DNA of 61,412 nucleotides, the filler included, from Choristocarpus tenellus KU-1152 (Eukaryota > Protista > Phaeophyceae), in NCBI GenBank assembly GCA_964200185.2. It is 7 parts of 7 records of this genome, joined end to end, with 100 filler letters (N's around TTAATTAATTAA, not from the genome) between each part and the next. Parts side by side here need not be neighbours in the genome. Positions count along the whole stretch, not along the records: positions 1 to 24,221 come from CAXNAD020000222.1; 6 more parts are not named here. One strand, 5' to 3'. The translations under genes were made by a program, and so were the position numbers. Within the stretch, counting starts at the first letter, position 1. Each line of letters starts with the position of its first letter. A model generated the notes under the pieces. The model was not told where the DNA came from, made no database searches, and saw only the letters and a list, made by a program, of their open reading frames with translations. Of the stretch, positions 1 through 13,594 are shown piece by piece.

Positions 1-3000
1 TTTTATCCTCCCCCCCCCTCCCCCCCGCCTCTTCCCTCCTTGCTCCCCATCCCCCTCTGTAGATCCTTCTACATGTGGTTGAAGGGACATGGCCTCAATG
101 TATAGCGAAGACCCTCCCATAGATGTCCAGGCCAGACCCATGACTACTCCTGGTGGGAGTTCACCCTCATACAGGCGGTCAGAGGTGAAGGGAGCCATCC
201 CAACATACTGTTCAAAATGAGGGGAAGAGGGGCAGAGTGATGAACCTCAAAGTGTCAACGCACTATGATGACTTAATGATCCACCTTAGTTCCACGGTCT
301 AGCCTTACATCAATGAGATATAAGAACAATGGAGTTTGCAGCAAATAAAAACCTCATGGATGTGGGCTATTCCTCAATCCTATCACTCCCCTACCCCAAT
401 TGCTAACAATGCATCTCCAACACCATTCATCACCACTTCACAACAACTCTCCCATTCACAGCACTCCAAAAAAACGTAAGGATGAACCAAACCAACTGCT
501 TCCACCCCGTAGCTCTATCTCTCTTAGTTCCCTTAAATCCCACACGCACACTGTATCACCACCTTCCATGCTTCACACTCACAGTTCCACAGCAAATGCA
601 TACAGTTCCGTTTTGAGACCCTTCACCATCAATACAAACCTAACAGAAAACTTGTGCTCTCAAGCTTTAACTACAAACTACTAAGAACTGACCAAGTTCT
701 GCCCACAGCCCTTCCCCCCCCCCTGAACACTGCCCTGCTGCTGACCTTCTGCAAGTTGTCCACAGTCACTAACCACTGCTTTCCCTCATCCTCTCCCCCC
801 TCCCCCTCCCCCACAGTTTTGACTTCTCCCTCATTGCCAGTCTTGACATTGTCATTGTCAACAGTCACAGCCCCTTCTGTAACTTCTGTCTCTTCTGATT
901 CTGTGTTAATCTTCCCTTCCCTTCCATTCCCCTCATCCTCACGCACTATCTCCAATGCAAGCTTTCGGTGCACCTTAGAAGAGAGTTTGAGCACCATGGG
1001 TGAACACTGCTCAGAAAAATTTCCAATGCATTTCTAATATATTACCTGGGCGACCTGAGCTCCAACAGTCTATCATTACTCACCATGTGACACATACAAC
1101 AAACAAAAGACTACATCAGGAATTCCTCACAAGGCATCCCAGAGACCTAACTTACACAATCATATAACAAGCACCCTTAACAAAATTAGACTCAAATGTG
1201 AAGGACAGAACAAAGGCCAAAGACTCTGCTACTACAGAAAGTCAAACTACACAGCAGTCTGTTCCTTCACCTTGTCAATGAGCTTGGACAGGTTACGCAC
1301 ACCAGCCTCTCGTGCATACCACCTTGCCAGGCTCTCAATAGCCTCAGTAGTAATCTTTATCCGACCCTCCAATCCCTCCTGACATGAGAGAACAAATGAC
1401 AACAGTTACAGTAACCCCTGAACACCCCAGCAGTCTATGTAAACCCACACAGCAATACCCATAGACAACAAGACACATCTTTGCGATAGCAATGGCACTC
1501 TTCAATGGGGGTGCACAAACCGCACAAGCGCAGACAGCACCACTACAACAGACACAGTTCTAATCCTAACCCTATTACCAATAGCTCGAAGTACTTGCAA
1601 CTACTGATACTGAACATTACATTTTCAAGAGTTATCCTGTGCATGATGTCGAAAAACCACATACATCCTTGTCCCTCAATAAGAGCACAACTTAATTCCC
1701 TACTAATAGGACTAACAGTACAGTAATTTCAACACTTGCACCCATCCTCCCTATCGCTCAATTCCACTGCGTATAGCTCACTATATTAACATGGGCAACA
1801 CACACACACACACACAAAAATCCTAGCCATATTGGTAATGTGGCAACAACTTTCAGGTGATGGAGCAGCACCGGCAGCACACTAAACACTGTGGTTCAAT
1901 AATGTGAGGAAATGGCAGCACTCCTTGAAAAAAATAGAGAGCTCCACCTTTGCCTATGAAATCAGTATAAAAATTGTTGAGAGAATGACCGCATTTTTCC
2001 ATGTTCGAATACAACCTTAGCAAAGAAAAGTCACAGACACACACAGACACACAATAAACCGTTGTAACCACAGTTTGCATCTTGTCTGGTTCATTATGAC
2101 ATCGATACTTCTCCTTTCTCAACTGTTGACACACTCACGGACAAGTCTCTTTCTCACACACCTTATCCATACCGTGTTCATGCTGCGCCTTCGGTATGAG
2201 GTACTGCTCAGATATGGCCACCTGTTCGCAAGGAGAGGAGATAAGCATTCTATTTCATTGTTTTTGGCACTACACCACATACCCCATGCACCCAATTAAT
2301 AATTGAACATGCTTGATATCATTGATACCCAGAGTCGCAATAGGAAGTCCTTACTACAACAGGTGGTAGACAGCAGAGAGACATTGTTTTCTTACTACAC
2401 AGTACACTATTTTCAATAAGTGATTATGATCTTTCAAATAATCAACCTTATTATCAATACTGAAAATATCAAAAATTTGTTCATCCTGGCCGGTTGACTG
2501 AGCAATACCTTTTCTGGCAGATCATAGCCTGACAATCGGATGACTTCCATACGATCCTTCAATGGACCAGGGACGGTGTCCATGACATTAGCTGTACAGA
2601 TGAAGAGGCACTAAAACCAAAAGATGCGCAGGTTTACATGGAACAACACGAAGAGAGAGAGGGGCTGCATTAAGAAAAGACATGGAGGGTGGAGATTTTT
2701 CATGGTGGCAATGCAGAGCTTACAAAAAACGCCATGTCTACATGGACAGTAGTATACAAGTGATGCATGCTTGAGAGGGGGGCACGTTTATGATGTGCCT
2801 TTCATCTGAGCATGGGTCATAGGCTGTGTGGCTGGCTTATGAGGTGGCACGTGGGTGGGCTTCTTCTCAGGGCATAAATTAGAACACTCTACTTCTCCAA
2901 AATGAAAATGGTCAAAGTACCACCACATGGTACAGTAAGAGCAAAGTAACCAACTAAAGAACATCAGGCATTCATCACAAAAACACTGCCTGTAACAATA

Positions 3001-6000
3001 GAACTCTTTACACAGGCAACCATAGTCCATAATTACAATTGCCATGTTAACAGTCGTCATATCAGCAGCAGTCATGGTAGGGTTGCACATCAGTCAGCGG
3101 GATGTTATGACCATGTAAGGAAATGTTGGCAGTATAAGCGGAACTACGCCATACCGTTTACGGTGAACATTGTAACTACATACTGTTCTGACGACTTATG
3201 AACTTTTAGTCGGCAAGATCTGGAAATATCAGCCCAACTTGGCACCCCCTACTCAAACGCTGTTAATTGCATAAGCAACAAAATGACTTACAAACTCCTT
3301 ATGTCTACACACCTAAGGGGAGGAGGGGGGGGAAACAGATGGGCAAAACCAGAGTCCCATGTCAACCAACACCTACCACATGTTTTTTATTCACTGCTCC
3401 TACATGGAACACTGATCACACTGTGGTCACTCACATTTGAGAGGTCCACAGGAACATCAAGGTAGTTATCCAGGAATGCCTGATTCTGACTTGGGTCCAG
3501 CACTTCCAGCAGTGCAGAGGCCGGGTCTCCCTCATACCCCTTTCCAATCTTATCCACCTCATCTATCAACACCACTGGGTTGTTGGTGCCTGTGGTCTTG
3601 AGGCACTGGATCAGCTTACCAGGCATGGCACCCACGTATGTTCGCCTGTAAAGGTGAAATTTCTGTGTCTATATATGTGCGTGTGCGTGTACGTGTGCTC
3701 TATGTTTCATGCATTTATTTATCCATTGAGGTTCATTGTACACTACTTCACTCTGACACAACAGAGATGTAGTGCACAGTTCCCACCATTGTTCATAGAA
3801 TAATCATCTTGGTACTGTCTCTAAACACGTTACAATAAGTAACGACAAAGTTTCGGTTAGGGTTAAGGTTCAACACTTTCACACAGAGATACATATACGC
3901 AGTCAAGCAGTAAGGACAAATGACATTCATCACCTCTCCCCCAAAAACAAAATATGTATTCAAATTGCTTCATCAAACATAATTTCCAATTAAACCCAAT
4001 ATCTACTAGGGGGTTGGGGGGGGGGAAGAGGCGTTATCATAGATCAATTTTGCCTAAAAACTACAACATGACTATGCCACAAAACACCACTGGTATAGCA
4101 CATCCATGTTGAAAATAGGGCTCGGTTTAGTCAGTGGTACAGTATGGCCAAGAGTAAATTGTTGACAGTATAGGTGAAATTCATTGTTTTGTTCATGGTA
4201 GATGTGTAGCGTTGTACCACTCTGCCACTCTGCCAACCTCCAATTTCTTACTTAGTAGAATTCTAGAATTTAGGAATTAGTTGGCAACCTGCCTAGTTAT
4301 ATACTTCAATTAAAAACATTATAGCATATCCCCAATAACACACACACTGCACTGATGTTGAAGCAAGCAGCGCTGAGTTAAGTCACAACCTACACAGCCC
4401 CCAGTACACCCCACTCCTACTCATCACACCAAAGCACTCTGATTCAACACCAAGGACCACAACCCATGCACACTCCAATACCAACAATACAATACCATAG
4501 ACCTCAACACGATAATTCTATAGAAATTGAAATGAACAGTACACACCAAGTTCATTGAAGGAGCAATTACCTGTGTCCCTTGATCTCAGCAACGTCTCTC
4601 AACCCCCCCACACTAAACCGGTAAAACTCCCTGTCCAGGGCCTTCGCGATGCTCTTCCCAATGGAGGTCTTCCCTACCCCTGGCGGCCCAACAAAACACA
4701 CAATCTTGCCATGCACACCTCCTTTGAGCTTGCCCACTGCAATGAACTCAAGGATGCGGTCCTTGATATCATCCAGTCCATAGTGGTCCTGTTATATGGA
4801 AGAGGAGGCAGTCGCATAGGTCGGGTATTAGACATGGGTTGATGAAGCTATTGGTAAAATATGGAAGGTGGTAAACAGGACAAATACCGGAAGGAGGTGG
4901 AAAGGAATGGAAGGGAGGGAAGGAAAATGTCTGAAAACTGTCTCCTGCATCAATGAGTGTGGACCATGGCAGCAGCTATGAATCTACTTCTTATTCTTGC
5001 CAAGCCGCTCAACCAATTCTGGCGAAGAACAACCCTCTTGTGCTTCAACTTGAAGTTGAGGCAATTCTCAACAGCAAGATTGAAGCCAAAGATTAAAACA
5101 TGCCTGGTTTAAAAGAAATTGGAACATTGCAAAAATTGAGACTGAATTTGTCACACCCTACACTATAGTGGTGGTCAGTCACATTGAGGTACACAGTAAA
5201 CAAAAAACACTGCAGCAAAATACCCTTAAAAACATCAAGCAGAGATGTTGCCAGTAACATTCATACTGTAGGAGAATGCACATAAAATACAGAACCTTGA
5301 AAGGAGGCATGAATCCAAACAAGAAATCAAGTCTTGTTACTTTCGATGTCCCCTCCAAATTATAAAAAATACCTACTTCACCAATAATCTGGTTGAGAGC
5401 GCATACTGGAACACGGCAATCCTCAACCATTTTTTTCTTAATTAACAGAGAGATTGCTTGGAATCTGCACAGTAGGATCAATGAGAGGTACCGACCGCAT
5501 TCCCCCCCAAACGAATCTTACCCTTGAGCATGGGAATTCACCAGCCTGTTGGGGAGGAGGAGGGCAACTGTTGTTCTGCACTTGCAGTATGAAAACTGAT
5601 AACAGCCAATCGTAACACTCCGTACACATTCCCAGTCAAGGGGTTACCCCTATTGTGTAACCAACAGTACCAATCTGTGTGGTGCATTCATTTTCCAACT
5701 GTTGCTGCAGAAGTATAGCAGGGGAACATACACATAAATTAAAAAGGGGAAAATATGATACAGCACCTATAAACACTACACAGCAAAAAAGACAAAAAAA
5801 TTATGTACCATCCATCCCTTTTAACAGCAAAAACTGCTATACAATTGTTATACTTTCTTGACTACATTTTGACCAAACATCACCTGATCCAGACCCTCCT
5901 TTGCCTTCCCTAGGTCGTAATTGTCAGTGGATGCATGACCCCAGGGAAGAAGGGTCAGCCACTCCAGATAGCTCTTGGTGCCATTGAACTCTGGACTGTT

Positions 6001-9000
6001 CTTCTCCAGTGATGATAGCTTTTCCAGCTCCTCTCCAATTGCGCGCTCCCCTTCCTTGGTGATCTCCTGTTAATAATAAGTTTAGTAGGACCAGAAGTAG
6101 GGTCAGGGAAGGGGGATTGGGGTTATGGCAGGATAAAGAAGTCACTAAGGAGGAGTGGAGGGGGTGGGGGAGGTCAGGGTGGAGCGGGGAAGACCAATCA
6201 ATGGGGAGGGGACAAGAAAAAGACTGAACCCTGAACAGGGAGGTACAACTTACTATCTAGAGCAATGTTTTGACGTGCTTGTTAAATAAAACCAGTGTCA
6301 TGCCTTTCCTAGAATTTGTATTGAAGTTGGGGTGAGGGATAATATTATGGAACAGATTGAACAAAGGCTACAAAAGTACTTACCTTGCTTTCAATAGTGA
6401 CTGTAATGCAGTGCCTCAAGGTGAGGGCTTCCGGGGGCTAGTATTTATGCCAGATATACCATCAATACTGTAGTGATCAAACAAGCATTTGGCCTTGTCA
6501 TATATTTGCAACGCACTTGCTGAACACCTCTGTTACAGCTGATACTGTTAACAGGATTGGTGAAATAAATGTAGAGCTAGGGATTTTAAGCACCTCTCTG
6601 TGTGCAACCAACTTTGCCTCCCAACCCCCACTCCTTTCCAAATCAACCCAAGGGTTTTGTTCTCTATCACCTTCAGCTCAGCAAGTCTCTTCCTGTATTT
6701 ATTGAGGAGCGCTTCCTTATCATCCTTCTCCAGCCCCAGCTCCTTCTTGATGGACTTGAGCTGCTCCTGCAGGAAGTAGGTCCTCTTCTGGCTGGTCATC
6801 TTTTCCTCCACCTGCTGCTTGATCTCCAGTTGAAGTTGCAGGACTTCCCTTTCCTGGATACAACAACATTTCAATTAAGAAACATACAATTTACAGTGGC
6901 AGACATGCCAAGAATTAGTACGGAAAAGAGCAATGGGAACAATTAGCAAGTACAAACAATAATGCAATGATTCTGCAAAAGGAGGGACTGGAGCCAAGGG
7001 CAAGGGATGCAAGTGGAGCGATTCAACTAAAACTGGTTTGCACTTGAGATCTCGTGTCACAGAGGAATGGAGTTCATAAATTGATGGCATATTTGATTCG
7101 AGGGCAACAGGTGGGGTTAGGGAGGAGCACCACGTGTAGGGTAAGGCTAGGCACCTGGTTAGAAAATGATCACAATAGCCACAATTGAGTGACACTTGTG
7201 TGCAAACTGTTCCATCAATTGAATGACTGATCGAGAAAGTAAGCCATCCCATCTTTGGGACGTAAGTTGTGCTACATTTATTCATGTACTTGGGCCCTGC
7301 ATAGGAAAAAAATAAGCAATGTACACTTTCAACCCAAGCACATTACGGGGCACACAACATTGTTACATTGCTCAAGGTATGAAATGTTGTGGGGCGAGCA
7401 CATCTATCCTATTGTCTGAGTGCAGCATGCAGAACACCCCATATTGGAGATGGAGACCATAGATCGGAGATGTTGCTCTTGGCACAAACTCCCCTTCCCT
7501 CCTCAACATCAATTTCAACTGAAAAGCACAGTGTCACATTAGTTGTTACCCAATATATACCATTACATCACAGCTACAATACTACTACGTATAGAAGTAC
7601 TATAAAAAGCATTCTGTTGCTAGAACACGGCAAAACCTCTTATCTTCCCACACTCCCCCCCGACACACACACTACACAAGGATATCAACAAGCAACACTC
7701 TCATCAAAAACAAAAGCAAGCTCCTCCGCTCCCTTGCCCCCCCATTCCCACCCCCTACTTCGTAAGAAAAATAAGAATAGGCCTTGCTCACCTTGGATAT
7801 GATCTCCAGCGCCAAACGGAGACGTTCATCCACTCCCCTCTCTGCAAGCACTGCCTGCATTTCCTCACTTTCACCACCACTTACAATGGCGGCAAGGTCG
7901 GATAGCTTAAACGGGTCGTGTATGTCAATATTGCGCTCAGAAAAAAAGGTGATGCGATCCCTCAGCAAAGGATTAAGGTTAACCACATCCCTGACCGTGC
8001 TCACAATCTCCTGGCAATAGGCACGTATCACATCACTCTGTTCAAAGGTGCCCCTAACAGGCAGGTAGGCGTGCACACAATTGGAGGGGAGGGTTGCGTA
8101 TACTGTGTCCATCAGAGAGAGAGCTGTTGCAAGGACGGCGTCAAGCCTTCTTAAAAACAAAAAGAGAAATGTGGTACTACTGTCCTATGAACAAGGTGGG
8201 GAGAGGGTGTAATGGCAAGATTGAGGCAGGAAAATTAAATACTCCTTGATACAGTACATTGCATATATTGAGTTGTACTACTTCAAAGAATTCCATACAC
8301 ACAAAAACACAGTTTGTAAACGGACTGAGATCAGTACTACAAATAGAGGTAAAATTGAGCAGAAATATCAAAGTGAGCGCCTCTTTTGCTTTACCACACC
8401 ATCCTACATCAAAGAGCAACTGTTACTACTTCTGCAACAAACCCTTTATGTAGGGCACTGCACACTAAAGCAACTTAAGGTGATTAATGTAACGATATCA
8501 AGCACTAGCTCACATCTTTGAAAAATTGAAGAGACTTCCTTTCTTTCATAAGACTACAGCAATGGTTTGCTTGACTTCATAAAATTGTCATTACAGATTC
8601 CACAACACTGTTTAGAAATGAAGTCATGTCAGACATACAACCCGCATTATAATCATATTCTCATGGACCAGTCCTAGTCCCGCCAGAGTATTTTTCGCCC
8701 TCAGATGAAGATCAGCAGCCAGTAAGATACTAGATGCCTTGTAGTAACTTCGGCCTCTGAGTGTGCAGCAGTAAACTAGCAAACTCAAAATCCTACGCAC
8801 AACTCTGTAACCGGCCCTGAAGATCAACCACTCCTTTAGCATTGATATTATTCAAATCTCTGTGCAAACCCGTCCCTCCCCACCCCTCCTTGGTTTGCCA
8901 CTCAGCAACCCTAAAGAAAAAAATTGTAGAGAAGAGTTATTGACCAACCCACCGACTCCAGTGATCCACATCCACCTCCATGGGGGGTCCCATCGTAATG

Positions 9001-12000
9001 AGTTTATCGATGCTCAATCGGCGGTGTCCAAGGAGCAGAACCTGAGCCTCTCCGGACAGATTGGAGGGACGAATCTCGATCACCTTTGGAGGGAGAGGGG
9101 GAGGGGGAGGGGGAGGGGAGATTGATGCAGCAAAGCCCTTCAGAAAAAATAAATCATGGTCATCCTGGTTGGAATCACAAGGGCTAACATAGATAATCTT
9201 ATGTGGAAGAAGAGCAGCGAGCGGTACATGAGAGAGCAGTTTTCAGTTGCAGGAGACTTCACAGGAGAGTCTAGTTGAACAGGGCACTTCAGAAATAATG
9301 TAAGTGCAAGTTAACTGCTACTCTTGTTGATAGCTCGAAGTCAACAACAGTAGTTAGAAGAGATTGATCTCATTTTCGAACAAGTGATTACTAATACTAC
9401 AGGTGCTGTGTCGGAAGCACAATCCATCCATGTACCTTCACCGGAGACTGTCACTACAATCTTAGACCACCAGCCATGTCTTCATAACTGGGGCAACAAA
9501 ATACTCAACGCCAAATTTACCCTAGAACTCTTGGGTGAGTTCAGACTATGAAGTTTGTTGTCCATAACAACACTCTTTATCATTTGGTCTACAATATCAG
9601 TTGCCCAGGAAATATGTTGTTGCCAACAACTCTAAAACTGTCAAGTTGTTTTAGGATGTTACGTTGTCCAAGATAGGCACATTTCACTTAGGTTCTCCAA
9701 AATCCATAGTATGCCTAGGAGTTTTTAACACACTCAGGCATATTTCTGCACAGGGCACTGCATGCACAGTGCATTCAACTTGCACCATTGCTGAAGATCC
9801 GGCACCTGGGAATACCAACATAATAAATCAAAACCTATTTTCTGTTCCTATGTTTGGATCATCATGCACACTTTGCATGGCTACTATGTTGCAAATGAAT
9901 ATATAACATAAAATATACAAATAGGAACAAATTTTCCAAACTTTTGCTGTTGCCAAAATATGTAATGAGCCATCCTACTTAGAGGGAAGACTTGTTGAGT
10001 GTTGAGACACCCGTGACTGCCTTGTACTATATATGCTTCTAGTGCTTCAGAGGGCAATTTCACACTGATGTGAACAAACGCTTGTCTTCTCTCCTACAGC
10101 CGCAAGTTCCGAGTGAAGGTTAAATGCATTTGAGGCACGGGAATGAGGTTTCACGCAGAAGGTTCCAGAAGTCCTGGATACTCAAAAGGGCCTAAGTAGA
10201 CTCCCCTGCAAGATAGGATGGCTCACTTCAATATTCTTTTCAGTCTTCATCAGCTCAGCTCGTAACAGGACAAGTGTGGATATTGTTTTTTCTTCTTCTC
10301 CTTGAAGTATTAGAGCTCTGTTGGTGAGAATATTGAATTGGAAATAATCAGTCACATCTGGTCAGTTGCAGTTGTTCCATACACATTGCTACACTGTCCT
10401 GGACCCTTAGAAGCACACAACAGCTACTCTTGTCGAATGTCATGGAGAAGAAGAAAACGCCATCCCTTTCTTGCTGTTGTGGCCCCCTTTTGCACAAAAC
10501 GTGAACTGAATCAGGAGGTAGCCTCCACTTCTTTACCTCAGTAGGCCCTCATTGACTTGGGGTCTTTCCTCCATAAATTTGCTGCTTGTCAGGCGTGTGA
10601 ATCATTAATCTGAGCTGAGACCCAACATAGCTATCACAAGCACTTTGCTAACAGTTCAGAGGTTGAAATCTTGAGGTTGTAATCCAGCTGACACATAACT
10701 AAGAACTATCAATATAGGTTCATATCCATTGCCATAAAAAGTTAAAGGTATGCCAAAGACCACTATAATGCTAGCAGAGGACATTGGCGTGGAAGGGGGA
10801 AGGTGTCCAGAGTATGCAGTATATCATAGTACCAGTACCACATACAAAATGATATTCACTGTTTCCCATTGATGCCCACACACATACCCTCTACCTTGCT
10901 CCCACCTCCTTTGCCTCTCCTCACCTGGGCTAAGGTCCCCACATGATGAATCTCGTCCAAGCTAGATATCACCTCTGGGTACTTGATCTTGAGATCCTGG
11001 CCCTCTCCGCCCTCAGCCCCGGTCCCATCCTCCTCTCTGCTCCACTTCCCCTTGTCATCTTTTCGCAGGAACACACCAACGTAAGGACGACTGTCCTGGC
11101 AGAAATTGAGTACAATAATGCATCAAGTTGAGGGGGAAGTAAGGTGGGAGTCGAGCTGAGACTAGGATTGACCATTGCCACAGTTGCTTGGAGTCCTCAT
11201 AAAGTTATCAAGGCTTTGCTATCAGGTTGTCAAGTTCTCCCCAATCCAAACCAACAACAGGATTTGAGAAAAATGAACAACTGGAAGTTCCATGCATTAG
11301 TGGAATATAGGTCACTTCAAATAAAATAAGGTGTGTCAAGGTATCTCTACCATGAGATAGGATAGTGCAGCGAAAGACAGCGAAGGCACCGAAAAGTATA
11401 ATGACTGCACTCCCCAACGTGAGAGGTAGAGGGGCTAAGACATGGGCTACAATGGCACCTTTCTTAAATGCATTTGTAGATACAGGAGTAATTACTGACT
11501 CACACACAGTGTGGGGATAGAACAGGGCCCATCACATTTAACTCCATTGACTAAGCCAACCAAACCTTCAAACCTTCAACTCAGGGTCTGTGGTCATATT
11601 TTAGGGTGTTCAAATGACGTCAAGTCCTATCCAAGAGCAGTCACTAGTCTATTAGGAACATCCTATGGTTCCCTACAGAATATCAGAAGGTTTTCTGTAG
11701 AATACAGCAGCACACTGAAATCATCACACACAATCAATGTGGATAGTACGAGGGGATGATATTTCACCAAAGCAAGCCTTCCATCTCCCTGATCTCAAAC
11801 AGAGAGGAACCAATAGGGTCTAAATGACTTGGATAAAGGGCACACATGCATAGAGGAGGGGGCAGGGGACTAGAACTGTCAGTGCAGGCAAAGGGAGGGG
11901 GTGAGGGCAGGGTGAATGTGGCATCTACAAACAATTGACAAAAAAAAAGGGTGGACCTTTTATACTTTTTCAGATGGATCACTAATTCCAGTTTCTCTTT

Positions 12001-13289
12001 GATAGAGTCCCCACACTGTATTCTACAGTGTAAACGATCAAACTAATATCACCACCCCATGCCATCCATGTTAATATGACCTTCCTCTACCTTCTGAAAT
12101 GTCCACCTTTCACCCTCCTCAGGTTTCAAGGCTCACTGTACCTTCAAGTGGGTATGTAAGGAGGCACCCCCAGCTTCGTAGATGATCGTCAAAATCGTCC
12201 CATTAAATGGATATGATGAGCCAACAACATGTGCACAACTTGTTCCTACACAAAACATATTCCAACCTCCTGCCCACTCAACTCCTGAAGATTTACAGCA
12301 ATACCTCAACCTTCAAATTTCATTGCACATCAATGACGCAAACTGCTTCCTTTCAGGCTATCTTAACCCTCTCGTTATACCATGTCCTACCACGCTCCTC
12401 ATCAGTTCCCCTTTGCCTACGAAAAACTAGACAAGGTGACTCAAGTTTCACACTTTCCTACTTGGAGAAAGTAGTTCTCACCTGGTGAGCTTTCACCACA
12501 GCTTCCAGCACATCTGGATTAGTGATGGTGTAGGGGTGCGCTGTAGTTGGGAACAAGGGCCTGCGCGTGATGGGCAGTCCAATGAGTCTGGGCTGGCGAG
12601 GCGCCTGGTCCATTGCACCGAGCAGCATCGGCGAGGACCCCGTGGGCATGGGCGGCAGTTCTTCCTTCCCGTTCGAGGAAGTAGCATCTCCCGGAAGTGT
12701 ATGCTGGGCCTCGGCTGATCACGTGAATGATCGGTTAGTGGATGCAGTTGGAGGTTGTAAGGAGTCAACACTACAACCTTCAAACAGAAAATGTTCACCA
12801 GTAACACCTATTCAAGCATCATGAATAGCGTGCAATTTCGCGTGCTGAGGGATCAGCACCCTAGCTACAACCCCTGCAAATGGTCAGCTTCCAAGTGACC
12901 ACAAGTAATTAGTGTGTTTGAACAATAGACAAGCGAGTCCGCAAGAGACATCCCTGACCTTTGCTGGACGACTTATCACCAATATGCCCCGAGCTTCCTT
13001 CTCCTGTACGGTCTCCCACACCTCGGTCCCCCATACACTGATTTCCATTTCCCTCTGTCTCCTCTTTCTCTTTATCTCCCTTTTTATTACCCTTGTCACC
13101 TTTGCCGTCAGCACTATCTCCACCCCACCAAAAGCCCCTCCTTGAAGCATGAGCACAGTAAACGCCCCTCAAGGCCGCACCGAGCTGTTGATTTCTAATT
13201 TTCGTGGAGGGATTACATATCGAGGAACGGACAAGGAGCGCATAGGTTCCATAGTAGCCCGTTCTAGCCAAGGCAACCGAGAGCACCAT
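1..13289 (-). CDS. LONP1: Lon protease, mitochondrial type (LONP1/PIM1-like); 14 exons visible, 3' end (protease domain) runs off the window start
   Basis: Phase-consistent GT-AG exons: 13289-12959, 12714-12482, 11095-10925, 9083-8953, 8053-7792, 6853-6671, 6066-5884, 4788-4571, 3645-3435, 2610-2509, 2221-2162, 1378-1271, 973-746, 207-<1. Motifs: [18 protein letters not shown], Walker [25 protein letters not shown], Walker [45 protein letters not shown]. The Arg/Ser-rich N-terminus resembles a mitochondrial presequence. Confidence 0.96.
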
Positions 13290-13594
13290 CTTGAAGGGGT
13301 CCGGTCTGGGTCAGCTATAGGTTCCCTCTTCAACACCCGTCAGGGCAGCCAGCGTCTAGTTACCCCAATCTCGGGACTTCACCCGTAATTGCACAGCTCT
13401 ACAACAAGGGTGCACAGCACCCTCAGGTATGTGGTCAGTCCTTACCTATCCTAGTCAACTGGACTGCTTTCTCTCTAGAAGTCGCCATTCGCCATCTCGA
13501 AATCAGTCTAAACAAAGTATGGCCTTCCATGGTCTGTAAATTCCACCCAACATCACATTCCTCCATTTTGATTTACCATTGATCTGTCGTGATA
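13290..13594. promoter_or_regulatory. Short head-to-head intergenic region (305 bp) between the Lon and ribokinase start codons; probable bidirectional promoter
   Basis: Lon ATG at 13289 (-) and ribokinase ATG at 13595 (+) diverge. Promoter function is inferred from geometry only. Confidence 0.55.

Noticed and set aside
13290-13495. Extra upstream coding exon for Lon (ATG 13488, GTAAG donor at 13445)
   Set aside because: Out of frame with ATG 13289 for the nearby acceptors; at most a 5' UTR intron or uORF, not supportable without RNA data.
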